Source: Thermoplasmata archaeon
Lineage (GTDB): Archaea; Thermoplasmatota; Thermoplasmata; Lutacidiplasmatales; UBA184
Length of the DNA stretch: 64,000 nt
Reading direction: 5' to 3'
Assembly (NCBI GenBank): GCA_049584655.1
Contig: JBAUYF010000007.1
Coordinates: 27,288-91,287, forward strand
Below are positions 28,418 through 39,347 of the stretch, piece after piece. The position numbers were made by a program, and so were the translations under genes. Within the stretch, counting starts at the first letter, position 1. Each line of letters begins with the position of its first letter. The notes beneath the pieces are model-generated. The model had not been told where the DNA came from and ran no database searches. It saw nothing but the letters and a program-made list of their open reading frames with translations.

Positions 28418-30392
28418 CGTAGTCCACCTCCTCCCCATCCGGCGCAGGAAGGGTTTCGCCTCCGGCTTGGGCCGCCTCTATCACCGCACGCGGGAGCCGC
28501 ACGTCCCAATCCCCGGGGAGTGGCTCTCCGCCGAGCAAGTGTCCCTCATCGACGCCCGCCACGTACCACGAAAGGTCGTTCTCCTCCACCTCCGTCCGAG
28601 CCGGAAACGTGAGCGCGACTCGAGTACGATCGCTTGGGGCCAGCTTGGGGAGCGTCCACCAGGCCCTTCCGAGCTCGGGGTCTGTTCCTGCGGGCTCGGG
28701 TTCCCATCGCGCGATAGAGAAAACTTCGGGAGGTACTTCCGCGAAAAGCTCCAATACGCGCGCGCGCGGCGTGTAGTTCGTGATTTCCGTATCGAACCGG
28801 ATTCCTCCCGTGATTTCCGGAGTTGACGTCTCTAGATTCACAACATCCATGATCCGCGTGATGACCGGCGTGAGGTCCGGGACTGGCTTTCCCACCAAGT
28901 GGCTGGTCTTCTCGGCCAATTTCGGAAGGATCTTGAGGATGATCGCAAATTTCTCCGTGGCAAACTCTCGACGAGTCTTACGGGAGAGATGGGTGCGCAA
29001 GTGCCGGGCGGCGGCCTGGAGTCCGAGCAACAATTCCTTGTCGATCTCGGGGTCCTCTGCGACGGCCTCCTTGGCTTCGCTGGTGAAGGGGATTTTCGTG
29101 GAGGCGATGTGAACGAGCAGAAGACACGGCCCACTCGGGAGGCCACTGCCGCCTTTCTGGTCGAGGCCGTAGCGTCGCCAGTCCATGTTCTGGACCGCGT
29201 TCGTGATCGCACACGCCCCTTGTTGGAATAGCAGGGGAACGCGGTTGGCGAAACGAAGCAGCTGGATAGGTTGGTCGCCCGGCAGTCCGCCCCCGTACAC
29301 GAGGCCGACCTCGACGAGAAACGGAAACCCCCCACGGATCTTCGGAGCCCGGCTGACGGGCGGTGCAAAGAACTCCGGCCGTACATCGCCGAGAACATTG
29401 CGAAGCCCCCGTTTGATCAAGAGCGGCCCGATCGGAGACAAGGAGTCGACACTTGGCGCGACGAGGGGAGCAGCATGCAAGGCGGCTAGAAGTCGCTCCT
29501 GCATTTCTCCTAGGATCGAACCCGGCGCGGCCCGACCCGAGATGCCCGAACTAGTGAGCACCTCGCGGAGCGCCCGGGGCCCAACCCCAGCGAGGTCCTT
29601 CGTGAGCATTTCCGCACAGGTGCCCCGCTTCGAGTTCTTCAGAAGGTATCCGAGCTCTCCCAACTCCAGCCCATAGGGGTGAGGAGGAGTTTCCTTGGGA
29701 ACCGCCGGGAGTTCGGTTGTCGCTCGATTCCACGTGACGCGAGTTCCGTCGGGCTCCACGAGTACTATTTGCGCGTGGGGATTGACGATCGCCGTACCCC
29801 GTAGGTACTCAAATGGGGCTTGGCGTCCGCGCACGTACTTCGCTCGGATCAGGAGCTCGATCCGCGTTCCATGCGGTCGGTCCCAAAGGGCCACATCTTC
29901 CGACACGATACGAGGAAGATTCTTCTGGGTGTCGATCAGCAACTCCAGCACGTGCGCGGCTTCTTCTTCCTCGACTTTGGAGGTGATTCGAGCCGGACGC
30001 GCGGTCGTGAGGGCGGCGTAGAGGATGGCCGCCGAAATCCCGATCCCTTGCTGCCCTCGTGACTGACGATTCGCGTGGAAACGGGATCCGTAGAGAAGTC
30101 GACCGAACACATTGGGAATCTCGCGCCGGAGGATTCCAGGTCCGTTATCCTCGACGGCGACGCGAAGGCGGTCATTGCCTTCCTTCGTGATCTCGACCTG
30201 AATGTCGGGAAGGAACTGTGCGTCAGCGGCAGCATCCATGGCGTTATCCACGGCTTCCTTGACGGTCGTCAAGAGCGCTCGCTGCGGATTGTCGAAGCCC
30301 AAGATCTGGCGATTCCGCTCGAAGAATTCCGCGACGGAAATCTCACGCTGCTGGGAGGCGAGGCGTTCCGCGATCGTTCGAGACGGCGGCAC
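28377..30392 (-). CDS. top6B: DNA topoisomerase VI subunit B (GHKL ATPase)
   Basis: Bergerat-fold motifs (EAVDNAMDA, GxGxG region) and transducer domain. Has an acidic C-terminal tail. Confidence 0.9.
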   Translation of the reverse strand: MPPSRTIAERLASQQREISVAEFFERNRQILGFDNPQRALLTTVKEAVDNAMDAAADAQFLPDIQVEITKEGNDRLRVAVEDNGPGILRREIPNVFGRLLYGSRFHANRQSRGQQGIGISAAILYAALTTARPARITSKVEEEEAAHVLELLIDTQKNLPRIVSEDVALWDRPHGTRIELLIRAKYVRGRQAPFEYLRGTAIVNPHAQIVLVEPDGTRVTWNRATTELPAVPKETPPHPYGLELGELGYLLKNSKRGTCAEMLTKDLAGVGPRALREVLTSSGISGRAAPGSILGEMQERLLAALHAAPLVAPSVDSLSPIGPLLIKRGLRNVLGDVRPEFFAPPVSRAPKIRGGFPFLVEVGLVYGGGLPGDQPIQLLRFANRVPLLFQQGACAITNAVQNMDWRRYGLDQKGGSGLPSGPCLLLVHIASTKIPFTSEAKEAVAEDPEIDKELLLGLQAAARHLRTHLSRKTRREFATEKFAIILKILPKLAEKTSHLVGKPVPDLTPVITRIMDVVNLETSTPEITGGIRFDTEITNYTPRARVLELFAEVPPEVFSIARWEPEPAGTDPELGRAWWTLPKLAPSDRTRVALTFPARTEVEENDLSWYVAGVDEGHLLGGEPLPGDWDVRLPRAVIEAAQAGGETLPAPDGEEVDYDAAESSAEVEEDE

Positions 30393-30447
30393 GGGCTTCC
30401 CAGCTTGAAGGCAGGTCTATAAGCCCGACGTTAGAATGGTGGGTGAA

Positions 30448-31263
30448 CTACGGCGGCGCGGACGTCGGGGGTCGTGCATCGACGTCGCGCAGCACCGGCC
30501 GGAACGGCCTCCAATGCGCCGCATCGACGAGATCGATCTCCACCCGGAACAGCCGTTGCTCGGGCGAGGCTCCCTCGAACGGGATCGCTTCCATCGCGAT
30601 GGGCTCCCCCCGCGCGTCCCACGCGTTCGTGCCGCCTCCAAACACTACGCCGTCCTCGACGCCCACGCGATTGACGTAGATCATCGGGGTCGCGTTCTCG
30701 ACCGCCCGCGCGGGCAAGACTTTCTCGAACAATCGCCGTGAAGTTACGGGGGAAGCCGAGACGTTGATCAACAGGTCAGCCCCGGCGAGTGAGAGTCCGC
30801 GTGTGACTTCCGGAAAGAAAGCGTCGTAGCAAATCTCGACGCCGAGTCGGTGGGCTCCCAAAGGAAGCGGGGTGCTGCGATCCGTCGGCGTGAAGAAGCT
30901 GCCTTCCTCGAATGGTCCGTACGTAGGCAGGTAGCGCTTGACTTGCGCGAAGACCGACCCGGAAGGTAAAAAGAGAAGGGCTACGTTTTCGACCTCGCCC
31001 GCCCGGGTGGGTCGCCGGCGAGGGGCGCCAACCAAGATCGCCGTTCGGGAACGACTCGCAAGCTCGACCAGTCGCCGCCATTCCGAAGAGGACTCGAACA
31101 ACGCGAGCGCGTGGATTTGGTCACCCACCCGGTACCCGCTTAGAAACAGTTCGGGAAAGATGGCGAGGTCGGCGGGGGCGGCGGTGATGGACCGCTCTAT
31201 GCGGTCGATGTTCGCGGCGACCTGATGCGGAACCGGCGTCAGCTGGCCTAGGGTGAGGCGCAT
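30448..31263 (-). CDS. Carbon-nitrogen hydrolase (nitrilase-superfamily)
   Basis: Catalytic triad context: FPELFLSGY (Glu), a Lys region, and VEICYDAFFPE (Cys). Start MRLTLGQL is coupled by TGATG to the upstream membrane-protein gene. Confidence 0.85.
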   Translation of the reverse strand: MRLTLGQLTPVPHQVAANIDRIERSITAAPADLAIFPELFLSGYRVGDQIHALALFESSSEWRRLVELASRSRTAILVGAPRRRPTRAGEVENVALLFLPSGSVFAQVKRYLPTYGPFEEGSFFTPTDRSTPLPLGAHRLGVEICYDAFFPEVTRGLSLAGADLLINVSASPVTSRRLFEKVLPARAVENATPMIYVNRVGVEDGVVFGGGTNAWDARGEPIAMEAIPFEGASPEQRLFRVEIDLVDAAHWRPFRPVLRDVDARPPTSAPP

Positions 31264-31724
31264 CAGTAGAAGTACCGTCGCACGGCCAAAAGGTAGACGA
31301 ACAGCACGAGGAACAAGACGAACAAGACCGAGATCGATCCGATGAAGAACAGGTACGCCTCCGAGAGGAAGACCAACACGATCAATGTCCAGAGCGCCCA
31401 CGTCTCCTGGCGCCAGAGCGCCGTGGCGACGACCAGGAGCGTGATGCCCAGCGCCGAGAGTATGAGCGCCCCGAGGGTCGTTATGGAGTGCACGATGTTG
31501 AGCGAAACGGGGACGAGCGCCGGAAAACTCTCCGACATGAGAAAGAGGAGGCCCGCGAGGATAAGGAGCACCCCGGCGATGGCGATCAGGATGCTGAGAA
31601 TCCCGATGCCAATCGGGAGGCGCGGTCGGATCGGCTCGGGCTCCCAGCGCGGAGGCAGGTGGTCGATCTCGACTGCCGTCGAGGGGTCCGCAGACGCGGT
31701 AGCCGTGGAGCTCGCGGGGGCCAT
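31263..31724 (-). CDS. Hypothetical membrane protein
   Basis: 153 aa with 4 TM helices. Its stop overlaps the CN-hydrolase start. Confidence 0.6.
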   Translation of the reverse strand: MAPASSTATASADPSTAVEIDHLPPRWEPEPIRPRLPIGIGILSILIAIAGVLLILAGLLFLMSESFPALVPVSLNIVHSITTLGALILSALGITLLVVATALWRQETWALWTLIVLVFLSEAYLFFIGSISVLFVLFLVLFVYLLAVRRYFY

Positions 31725-31791
31725 CGTTCGATGTTCCGGGGATACATCGAGCCGTCGTACGGGACAAGTAGCTTTCGTTCGACGGGTCTGC

Positions 31792-32847
31792 TCAGAATCG
31801 ACGGGCGGCGGCGCCGCGCGCCAGTCGGTCGAGTAGCGTGTGATACGGCGAGGGTCGGATCGGCTCGAGGGCCTGGACAGCGCGCTCCGCCCACCGCGAA
31901 GCTTCTTCCGCCACTACCGTAGCGGCTCCCGTTGACTCGGTCAATTCATGCAAGCGCAGGAGATCCTTGGCGTGTTTGCGGCGGAGCCGGAACAGCCGGT
32001 CAAATTCTTCCTTCTGGCTCGACCCCAGTCGCTGATAAGCCTCGAGAGAGACGAGCGTGGGATTCCCCTCACGAAGGTCCGTGTAGAGCGGCTTCCCTAA
32101 CAGATCTGCATCGCCGAAGACATCGAGCAGGTCGTCGCGGATCTGGAACGCAATCCCCAGGGCGCGTCCGTACGTCGCACAGGCGTCAATGACATCCGAG
32201 GGGGCACCGGAGATCTCGGCCACTGAAGCGAGCGCAGCCGCGACGATCGCGGCCGTCTTGCGCTCCACGACCCGGAAATAGTGTTCCCGTCCTGAGGTCA
32301 GGTCGAACCGACTCGATTCCTGCAAGACTTCCCCTTCGACGAGGTCCGCGCATGCCTCGCCGCATCGCAAGATCACGGTCTTTGGATACTCCGCTGCAAG
32401 TTCGAAAGCCCGGACGAATAGGAAGTCCCCGGAGACAATAGCCATCGGAACGCCGAACGCACGGGGCATCGAGGGACGTCCTCGACGTAGCTCGGCGTGG
32501 TCGATCACGTCATCGTGGACGAGCGTGGCGGTATGGATCAACTGGAATGCGGCGGCCAAGGAGTGGATCGGGCGCGTTTCCTCGTGACCGAGGGCCCGGT
32601 ACAGTACTGCCATGAGGAGGGGACGGACTCGCTTGCCACCGGTGCTGCACGCGTAGGTAGCTGATTCGGTCAGCTGCGGATAGGTGGATCGGAGCACTTG
32701 GTGAAGTCGCCAATCGATATCGGAAAGGTCGTGGACCAGCGCCGGAAGAAGTTCGGAGATATGCTCGAGCGCCTCGACCCCCAGCGTTTCCGTAACGAGA
32801 ACTTCAAGAGGAGGCTCGGCTGGCTCGGCGGGGACCGGGGACGTCAC
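31792..32847 (-). CDS. idsA: Polyprenyl (geranylgeranyl) diphosphate synthase
   Basis: First and second Asp-rich motifs (LVHDDVIDHAELRRG and FQIRDDLLD). The GTG start overlaps the GGR stop (GTGA). The upstream part of the supplied ORF is spurious. Confidence 0.85.
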   Translation of the reverse strand: MTSPVPAEPAEPPLEVLVTETLGVEALEHISELLPALVHDLSDIDWRLHQVLRSTYPQLTESATYACSTGGKRVRPLLMAVLYRALGHEETRPIHSLAAAFQLIHTATLVHDDVIDHAELRRGRPSMPRAFGVPMAIVSGDFLFVRAFELAAEYPKTVILRCGEACADLVEGEVLQESSRFDLTSGREHYFRVVERKTAAIVAAALASVAEISGAPSDVIDACATYGRALGIAFQIRDDLLDVFGDADLLGKPLYTDLREGNPTLVSLEAYQRLGSSQKEEFDRLFRLRRKHAKDLLRLHELTESTGAATVVAEEASRWAERAVQALEPIRPSPYHTLLDRLARGAAARRF

Positions 32848-33944
32848 GCGGCGCTCCCGAGCCGAGTCGGTCGACGCAGGCGCATCATCGTGTCGAGACC
32901 GGAAGCCCCGATATAGCGCATGCCTAGCGCGAGTAACGGATTGTAGTGGACAATCGTGTCCCCCAAGAGCTTTATCCGATGCGCATTCGCGAGCGGCCCC
33001 GCCAGATGGGCGCGGAGGAGTGTGTCGTATTCCGCAAGGCTCGTTCCCTCCCGAACACTCTTGGCTGCGACGACCCCCGCATCTCGTCCGGAGATCATGG
33101 CGGTCGGGATACCCCCACCGTTGGTCGCCATCACCAGATTGGCCGCGTCGCCGACGAACAGGGCGCGACCCCGCACCGCGCTCGCCGGGGGTGGCCCGAT
33201 CGGAACCCACCAGCGCGTGAGGTCGAATGGTTCGTTCAACCCGAAACGCTGGCGGAAGTGCTCGAGCAGTCGACTTAGCGTTTGGCCGCGGGGGAGCCGC
33301 GCGACCCCTAACCCCACGTTGGCGTCGCTCTCCTTCGGAATGACCCACGCGTAGCCGCCCGGAGCCACCCGCCCGAAGTAGAGGGCGATCTCGTCCGCGA
33401 AGTGGCCCTCTACGGTCGCCGTGATCATCCGAAACATCTCACGAGGAATCGCGAACCCCGTTCCTCGCGCGACGGTCGAGATCGGACCGTCCGCGCCGAT
33501 GATCACCTCCGCGCGGACCGTCGTGCCGCCGGAGAAGGAGATCTCCGAGTCCTGCACACGCGTTACGCCGCACGGAAATCGCAGCTCTGCGCCCGCGCCT
33601 TCCGCTTGATACGCGAGGGCCTTATCGAACGCTCGGCGAGATACCGAGTAACCGTCCAGCGGGAACCGATAGCGACGCCCGTAGGGCGAAACGCAGACCA
33701 TCCAGTGCGTCGCGCGCAGGATCGTTTCGCTCGGTATATCGAACGAATCATCGATAACCTCGGGGCAATCGAACAGATCCTTGAGTTCGGTCGGTGTGGG
33801 GAGGAACTCCCCACACTGTACGGGATGGCCCAGTTCTGGGCGCTGATCGACGAGGAGCGTCTTAGCGCCGTTCCGCGCGGCAAATTTCGCCGCCAAGCTC
33901 CCGCCCGGGCCGGCTCCCACGACCACGACGTCGAAATGCTCCAC
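32844..33944 (-). CDS. Digeranylgeranylglycerophospholipid (geranylgeranyl) reductase, FAD-dependent
   Basis: N-terminal FAD-binding fold VVVVGAGPGGSLAA and a conserved GGR-family core. Paired with the GGPP synthase, which is the archaeal lipid-synthesis context. Confidence 0.9.
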   Translation of the reverse strand: MEHFDVVVVGAGPGGSLAAKFAARNGAKTLLVDQRPELGHPVQCGEFLPTPTELKDLFDCPEVIDDSFDIPSETILRATHWMVCVSPYGRRYRFPLDGYSVSRRAFDKALAYQAEGAGAELRFPCGVTRVQDSEISFSGGTTVRAEVIIGADGPISTVARGTGFAIPREMFRMITATVEGHFADEIALYFGRVAPGGYAWVIPKESDANVGLGVARLPRGQTLSRLLEHFRQRFGLNEPFDLTRWWVPIGPPPASAVRGRALFVGDAANLVMATNGGGIPTAMISGRDAGVVAAKSVREGTSLAEYDTLLRAHLAGPLANAHRIKLLGDTIVHYNPLLALGMRYIGASGLDTMMRLRRPTRLGSAA

Positions 33945-33950
33945 GGCCCT

Positions 33951-35549
33951 TCACGCCCCGACCGCCACGAAATGCTGTGCGGCGGAAGAGATCGCGGCAA
34001 GGACCGGCTGCGGGTAAATGCCCAGCGCCACGATCGCAAAGGTCGCGAGGCCGATCGCCATCGCGCGACCGTACCCGATTCCTCCGAGCGGTAAAGGATC
34101 GGCACCGGACGCGCCCTGAATACCTGCGGTATGCGGAGAACCCGCGATGGCACGGTCGGGTTGGTCCATGTACATCACCTTGAGGACGCGTGCGTAGTAG
34201 AAGACGGATAGGGCGCTATTGAGCAGCCCCGCGATCGCAAGATAGACGAAGAACCCTTGCGCCTGGATCGCGGACGAGAAGAGAATGAATTTCGACACGA
34301 AGCCGATCGTGAGGGGAACGCCGGCGAGCGAGAGTAGCATCAGCGCGAACGACGTACCCAGCAACGGTCGTCGAACCCCGAATCCCTTCCAGTCTTCGAT
34401 GAGGGGGCCGACGCCGAGCGATGCCGCCGCCGCCACGACGAGAAACGCGCCGGCTTTCATGAAGACATGGGCGAAGATCTGGAGGGTAGCACCCGTGATC
34501 GCCGGGGCGGTTCCGATCGTGATCCCGATCAGCATGTAGCCTGCTTGCGAGATCGACGAATAGGCGAGCATTCGCTTCATCGAGCGCTGCATCAAGGCCA
34601 AGACATTCCCCACGGTCATCGTCAGCACGGCCATCGCGCCGAGCGTGATCTGTAGTATCGGCCCGAGGTCCGTGGGGGTCGACCCATTTCCGATCGGACT
34701 TGTCGCGGAGCTTACAAAGAGGACCGGACCCAAGAAGACGAGGAAGAAGGCGAAAAGGCCGATTTTCTTTGTCCCACCGGCGAGGAACGCCGAGACATCA
34801 TTCGGCGCGCCGTCGTAGACATCGACCGCCCATGCGTGGAAGGGAACGGCCGTTACCTTGAACGCCAAGCCGGCGATCAGAAACCCATAGCCGACGAGTA
34901 CGAGGTTCGGCAAGCCGACGGAGCCGCCTTCGGCTCGGATCGCGAAGAGATTCGTCGTTCCATAGGCTCCGAAGATCAGTGACGCTCCGTAGAACGAGAG
35001 CACCGTCGAGAGCGCGCCGATAATGTAGAACTTCATCGCGGCTTCCATGCCACGCGGATCCTTCCGCAGGTAGCCGACCATCAGATACGTGGAGATCCCC
35101 GTGATCTCGATCGCGATCAGCAGAAAGATCAGGTCGGCTGCCACCGCGACCAAGAGCATTCCAAGGGTCGCGATCAAAAGAAGCCCGAAGAACGTCGCCG
35201 CTCCGGGGTCGCGCGAGGGGCGCGAGAGCGACGCGAGTGCTACGAGTAAGGCGCTGACGAGAAAGATCCCTTGGAAGATCAGACCCAACGAGCTGAACGT
35301 AAAGAGGGCAGTCAGTGAAGGATGGAGAGGATCGATCTGCGACGCGGGGATCGTCGCCATCCCGGAGAGCGGCGAAAAGCGTAGGTCCGCCACGACCAAC
35401 AGTAACGCAGCCAGTGTACCCACGACCGCGACCCCGCCGAGCACTTCGAGCCGCCGGACCCCGACGACCTCGAGGAGAAAGACGAGAAGCGCGGCCGCGA
35501 GGAGGATGAGCTCGGGCAGCCATGGAAGGGCGAACGAGGCGAGATTCAT
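33951..35549 (-). CDS. nuoN: NADH-quinone oxidoreductase / Fpo-like complex subunit N
   Basis: About 14 TM helices. Antiporter-like NuoN family, last gene of the operon. Confidence 0.9.
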   Translation of the reverse strand: MNLASFALPWLPELILLAAALLVFLLEVVGVRRLEVLGGVAVVGTLAALLLVVADLRFSPLSGMATIPASQIDPLHPSLTALFTFSSLGLIFQGIFLVSALLVALASLSRPSRDPGAATFFGLLLIATLGMLLVAVAADLIFLLIAIEITGISTYLMVGYLRKDPRGMEAAMKFYIIGALSTVLSFYGASLIFGAYGTTNLFAIRAEGGSVGLPNLVLVGYGFLIAGLAFKVTAVPFHAWAVDVYDGAPNDVSAFLAGGTKKIGLFAFFLVFLGPVLFVSSATSPIGNGSTPTDLGPILQITLGAMAVLTMTVGNVLALMQRSMKRMLAYSSISQAGYMLIGITIGTAPAITGATLQIFAHVFMKAGAFLVVAAAASLGVGPLIEDWKGFGVRRPLLGTSFALMLLSLAGVPLTIGFVSKFILFSSAIQAQGFFVYLAIAGLLNSALSVFYYARVLKVMYMDQPDRAIAGSPHTAGIQGASGADPLPLGGIGYGRAMAIGLATFAIVALGIYPQPVLAAISSAAQHFVAVGA

Positions 35550-35559
35550 GGCCTCCGCC

Positions 35560-37044
35560 TCATGGGAACCCGTACACCGGAGAGTTCGAGATCACGTTCA
35601 CCAAGAGCCCAGGTAAGATCCCGTAAAGCACGATCAGAGCCACGAGGATCGCCATGCCGGCGATCTCGTACCACGGGAGGTCATGGACCCGTTCGGAGAA
35701 TCCCTTCGGCGGACCGAAGAGCGTCCGCTGCATCATCCAGATGTAAAACGCCGCCGTTACCACCAGAATGATGAGGGGCAATAGGACCCAGTAGCCGATC
35801 GCATCCCAGGTGGCGAGGAAAGCGGAGAACTCTGCTGGGAAACTCACCAGCGCGGGAAGCCCTAAGGACGCGAGTGACCCGATCATGATCATCGTAGCTA
35901 AGGTAGGGCTCGCCGGCGTGATGCCGCCGAGCGTGGGGATATCGCGGGTCCCGAAGGTGTGATGGACGCTCCCCGAGGCCATGAAAAGAAGCGCGCTCAC
36001 GACTCCGTGGGCAAACATCAGAAGGACGGCCGCGAGCAGGCCGAGCGACGAGTAGACGGCGATCGCGAGCAGCACGATCCCCATGTGATTGATCGAGGAG
36101 TACGCGACCATTCGCTTCAGGTCCCGCTGCGCGAGCGAGACGAGCGAACCCCAGATGATCGAGGCAAACGCAACGACGTAGAGGAGCGGCGTCAAATGGG
36201 ACATGCCCTGCGGAAGGACCTCCACCGCCCACCGGATCAGCCCGTAGCCCCCGAGCTTGAGGAGGAGGCCCGCAAGAAGAACGGATCCGCCGGTCGGCGC
36301 TTCCACGTGGGCATCCGGCAGCCACGTGTGGAAGGGGACGATCGGGAACTTGACGCCAAAGCCGAAGAAGAGGGCGAGGAATATGAACGATTGGACGACG
36401 GCCGAGAGCCCTTGTGCGGCCGAGAAGATACTCCCAAAGTCGAAGGACGAGGCGCCCGAATAGAACGCCAAGACGAGCAGCCCGGTGAGCATGACGATGC
36501 TCGCAACGTGGGTGTAAATGAAGAACTTGATCGCCGCGTAGCGCCGGTTCGGCCCGCCCCAATAGCCGATGATGAAGAACATCGGGACGAGGACCGCTTC
36601 CCAAAAGAGGAAAAAGAGGAGAATATCGAGGGCGATGAACACCCCGAATGAGCCGAGACATGTCAGGAGAACAAGTCCGAACCAGGCACTCGGCCGCTTG
36701 GACTCGTTCCAGCTGTAGACTACGGTGGCGATCTGAAGGAATCCCGTGAGCAGGATCAGGATGAGACTGATCCCGTCGATCCCGACAGTGTAGTTGATGT
36801 GGAGCCAGTAGAGCGAGATCCATGCGTACGATTCCGTGTAATTGTAGAGCGGAACTCCCGTCGCACTCCGCCCGGCCCAGGAGCCGAATCCGAGGAACAT
36901 TGCGGCGATCTCGATCAGGAAGAGGATCGAGGTGCCGAGCGCCACGTACCGGGCCGATCGCCCCGAGGCGAAGGTCAGGACCGTCCCCAGGACCAGGGTA
37001 GCCAGCGTGAACGAGAGGATCGGGAACACGTCAGCCGCCCCCAA
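35560..37044 (-). CDS. nuoM: Complex I-like subunit M
   Basis: Antiporter-like subunit of 494 aa. Confidence 0.9.
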   Translation of the reverse strand: MGAADVFPILSFTLATLVLGTVLTFASGRSARYVALGTSILFLIEIAAMFLGFGSWAGRSATGVPLYNYTESYAWISLYWLHINYTVGIDGISLILILLTGFLQIATVVYSWNESKRPSAWFGLVLLTCLGSFGVFIALDILLFFLFWEAVLVPMFFIIGYWGGPNRRYAAIKFFIYTHVASIVMLTGLLVLAFYSGASSFDFGSIFSAAQGLSAVVQSFIFLALFFGFGVKFPIVPFHTWLPDAHVEAPTGGSVLLAGLLLKLGGYGLIRWAVEVLPQGMSHLTPLLYVVAFASIIWGSLVSLAQRDLKRMVAYSSINHMGIVLLAIAVYSSLGLLAAVLLMFAHGVVSALLFMASGSVHHTFGTRDIPTLGGITPASPTLATMIMIGSLASLGLPALVSFPAEFSAFLATWDAIGYWVLLPLIILVVTAAFYIWMMQRTLFGPPKGFSERVHDLPWYEIAGMAILVALIVLYGILPGLLVNVISNSPVYGFP

Positions 37045-38920
37045 TTTTCGATACGAGCCAGGGCGCGACGTAAAGCAGGATCAGGACGAAGGCGACGAGG
37101 CCCGTGACGACATAGGCGGCGTAGTCCGAGACAACTCCACTCTGCAGTGTCCTCGCCTGCCGCGAGAGAGCCGCGAACATCCGTTCGAACCCGCGAATGG
37201 TGCCGTCGATTACGTAGCGGTCCACGAAATCGGCGAGTCGCGCGAGGGCGTAGACCCCCTTCTCACCGATCGCGTCGTACGCGTCCTTCACGTAATACCG
37301 ATTGAGGAGCAACCGCCGAATCGACTGCGCAGGCGAACCCTCGGGTAGCACGTAGACCCGTCCATTGCCCCAGAGCACGAACGCCGTGAGTATACCCGCG
37401 AGTCCGAGCACGACTGATCCTACGGAGAGCAGGATCTCCGTTGTACCGTATCCCGGAGGAATACCGGCCCCCGTGAGGAGCGATGCGAATCCAGGAGAGA
37501 AGATCAAGAGACCCGCTACGACGGCGAGTGCCGAGAGGATGAGCATGGGGATCCGCATCGCCCAGGGCGCCTCGTGAGCCTCCGGAAGAGTTGGATCCCG
37601 CGGGGAATCCCCGCTGAACGTCAGGAACCATACCCGGAAAATGTAGTACGCCGTGAGAAAAACGGACGCGAAAGCGAGGAGGAAGAATGGCCAGTAGAGG
37701 GGGTGGCTCCCGAGCTGGAGATAGACCGAAGCCAGCACGTCATCTTTGCTCCAGAACCCGGCGAACGGAGGGATCCCGGCGAGCGCCAAGCCACCGATCG
37801 CAAACGCGGCCGCGGTGAATTTCATCGGCTTGCGGAGCCCGCCCATCTTGAACAGGTCCTGCGTGCCGATGGCGTGAATGACGGCGCCCGCGGAGAGGAA
37901 AAGAAGAGCCTTGAAGAACGCATGGGTGAAGAGATGGAACATCCCGACCATCGCAAAGCCGGCGCCGACGGCCATCACCATGTAGCCGAGTTGGGAGATC
38001 GTCGAGTACGCGATGACCCGCTTGATGTCGGGATGCACGACCGCCATCGAGGCGGCGTAGAACGTGGTGAAACCGCCGATCGCGACGATCGCGAGCGAAT
38101 CGATCGACGTGAAACCGATGAAGAGCGACGTGACGGCCAGCAGGTAGACGCCCGCCGCCACCATCGTCGCCGCGTGAATGAGCGCCGAAACGGTGGTCGG
38201 CCCTTCCATGGCGTCGGGCAGCCAAACATCGAGGGGGAACTGGGCGGACTTACCGGCAGCGCCGGCGAGGATCATCAGGCCGGCGAGCGTGATGAGTGGG
38301 GCTGTGCTGGTGGCGCCGACGAGGAAGGATTGCCCCCCACTCACGAAAATAAATCCATTCGCGGCCCAACCGCCATTCGGGCCGGAGAGGGCGTAGACCT
38401 GGAAGTAGATGAAAATCCCGAGCAGAAACAACACATCGCCGATCCGCGTGACGAGGAACGCCTCCTTGGCCGCACTTGCCGCGCTGGGCCGGGAATAGTA
38501 GAATCCAATGAGGAAGTACGAGCAGACGCCGACCAACTCCCAAAAGACAAAGAACTGGAGGAGGTTATCCGCCAGGACCAGTCCGGTCATAGCTGCGAGG
38601 AACAGCGAGAGCTCCGCGTAGTAGCGGGGGAGACCCTCCTCGTGATGCATGTAGCCGATCGAATACAGCATGACGAGGAATCCGACCACCGTCACGACGA
38701 TGAGCATCAGGGCCGAGACCGGGTCGACTAGGATCCCCATCACGAGGGAGAATCCGTTCGGGAACGTGCCGGGAGACCCGGCGAGGTGGATCCACGTGTA
38801 GCTTTGTTGGAAGTAATGGCCGGGACTCAGGATCTCGGCGACCGCGACGAGCACGCCGATGACCATCGAAACGCCGGACGCGCCCACGGCGATCCATCCG
38901 CCCCACTCGAGGCGGCGCAT
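37031..38920 (-). CDS. nuoL: Complex I-like subunit L
   Basis: Antiporter-like subunit with a long C-terminal amphipathic helix region. 629 aa. Confidence 0.9.
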   Translation of the reverse strand: MRRLEWGGWIAVGASGVSMVIGVLVAVAEILSPGHYFQQSYTWIHLAGSPGTFPNGFSLVMGILVDPVSALMLIVVTVVGFLVMLYSIGYMHHEEGLPRYYAELSLFLAAMTGLVLADNLLQFFVFWELVGVCSYFLIGFYYSRPSAASAAKEAFLVTRIGDVLFLLGIFIYFQVYALSGPNGGWAANGFIFVSGGQSFLVGATSTAPLITLAGLMILAGAAGKSAQFPLDVWLPDAMEGPTTVSALIHAATMVAAGVYLLAVTSLFIGFTSIDSLAIVAIGGFTTFYAASMAVVHPDIKRVIAYSTISQLGYMVMAVGAGFAMVGMFHLFTHAFFKALLFLSAGAVIHAIGTQDLFKMGGLRKPMKFTAAAFAIGGLALAGIPPFAGFWSKDDVLASVYLQLGSHPLYWPFFLLAFASVFLTAYYIFRVWFLTFSGDSPRDPTLPEAHEAPWAMRIPMLILSALAVVAGLLIFSPGFASLLTGAGIPPGYGTTEILLSVGSVVLGLAGILTAFVLWGNGRVYVLPEGSPAQSIRRLLLNRYYVKDAYDAIGEKGVYALARLADFVDRYVIDGTIRGFERMFAALSRQARTLQSGVVSDYAAYVVTGLVAFVLILLYVAPWLVSKIGGG

Positions 38921-39029
38921 CTTGGTGCCGAGCAGTCCGATGAGGACGAAGGCGAGGGCCGGGAGGAGCGGGACGAGGAAAGCGCCTCCGAATACCCAAT
39001 CGAGCGACCCGTTCGTTGTTCGATCCCTC

Positions 39030-39347
39030 CTATAGTTTGAGTTGCGTCGCTTCGCCGACGTTGATCGAACCGCGGAGCCGGTTGAGGGCGAGCACGATCG
39101 CGAGACCTACGGCAACCTCGGTGGCGGCGAGGCCGATCAGTACTACGGCGATCGATTGACCGTTCAAGCCGGACGGCGCGGGGAGAAAAGCCGCAAAGTA
39201 CACGAAATTGAGGATCGTGGCATTCATGCCGATCTCGATGGCGATCAGGAGAAGAATGAAGTTCCGGCGCGTCAGGATCCCGAAGATTCCCACGCCGAGC
39301 AAGGACGCGGAAAGCGCCAGAAATCCCGCCAACGGAAGGGTCGTCAT
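39030..39347 (-). CDS. nuoK: Complex I-like subunit K
   Basis: About 105 aa with 3 TM helices (MTTLPLAGFL..). ATGA overlap with nuoJ. Confidence 0.85.
   Translation of the reverse strand: MTTLPLAGFLALSASLLGVGIFGILTRRNFILLLIAIEIGMNATILNFVYFAAFLPAPSGLNGQSIAVVLIGLAATEVAVGLAIVLALNRLRGSINVGEATQLKL

Noticed and set aside
35681-38731. Long ORFs antisense to nuoM/nuoL (35681..36823 minus in another frame, 35959..36651 plus, 37574..38731 plus, 37740..38225 minus)
   Set aside because: They overlap strongly supported Complex-I membrane-subunit genes. Their translations are Arg/Asp/Glu/His-rich with no domain signal, which is a GC-bias artefact.
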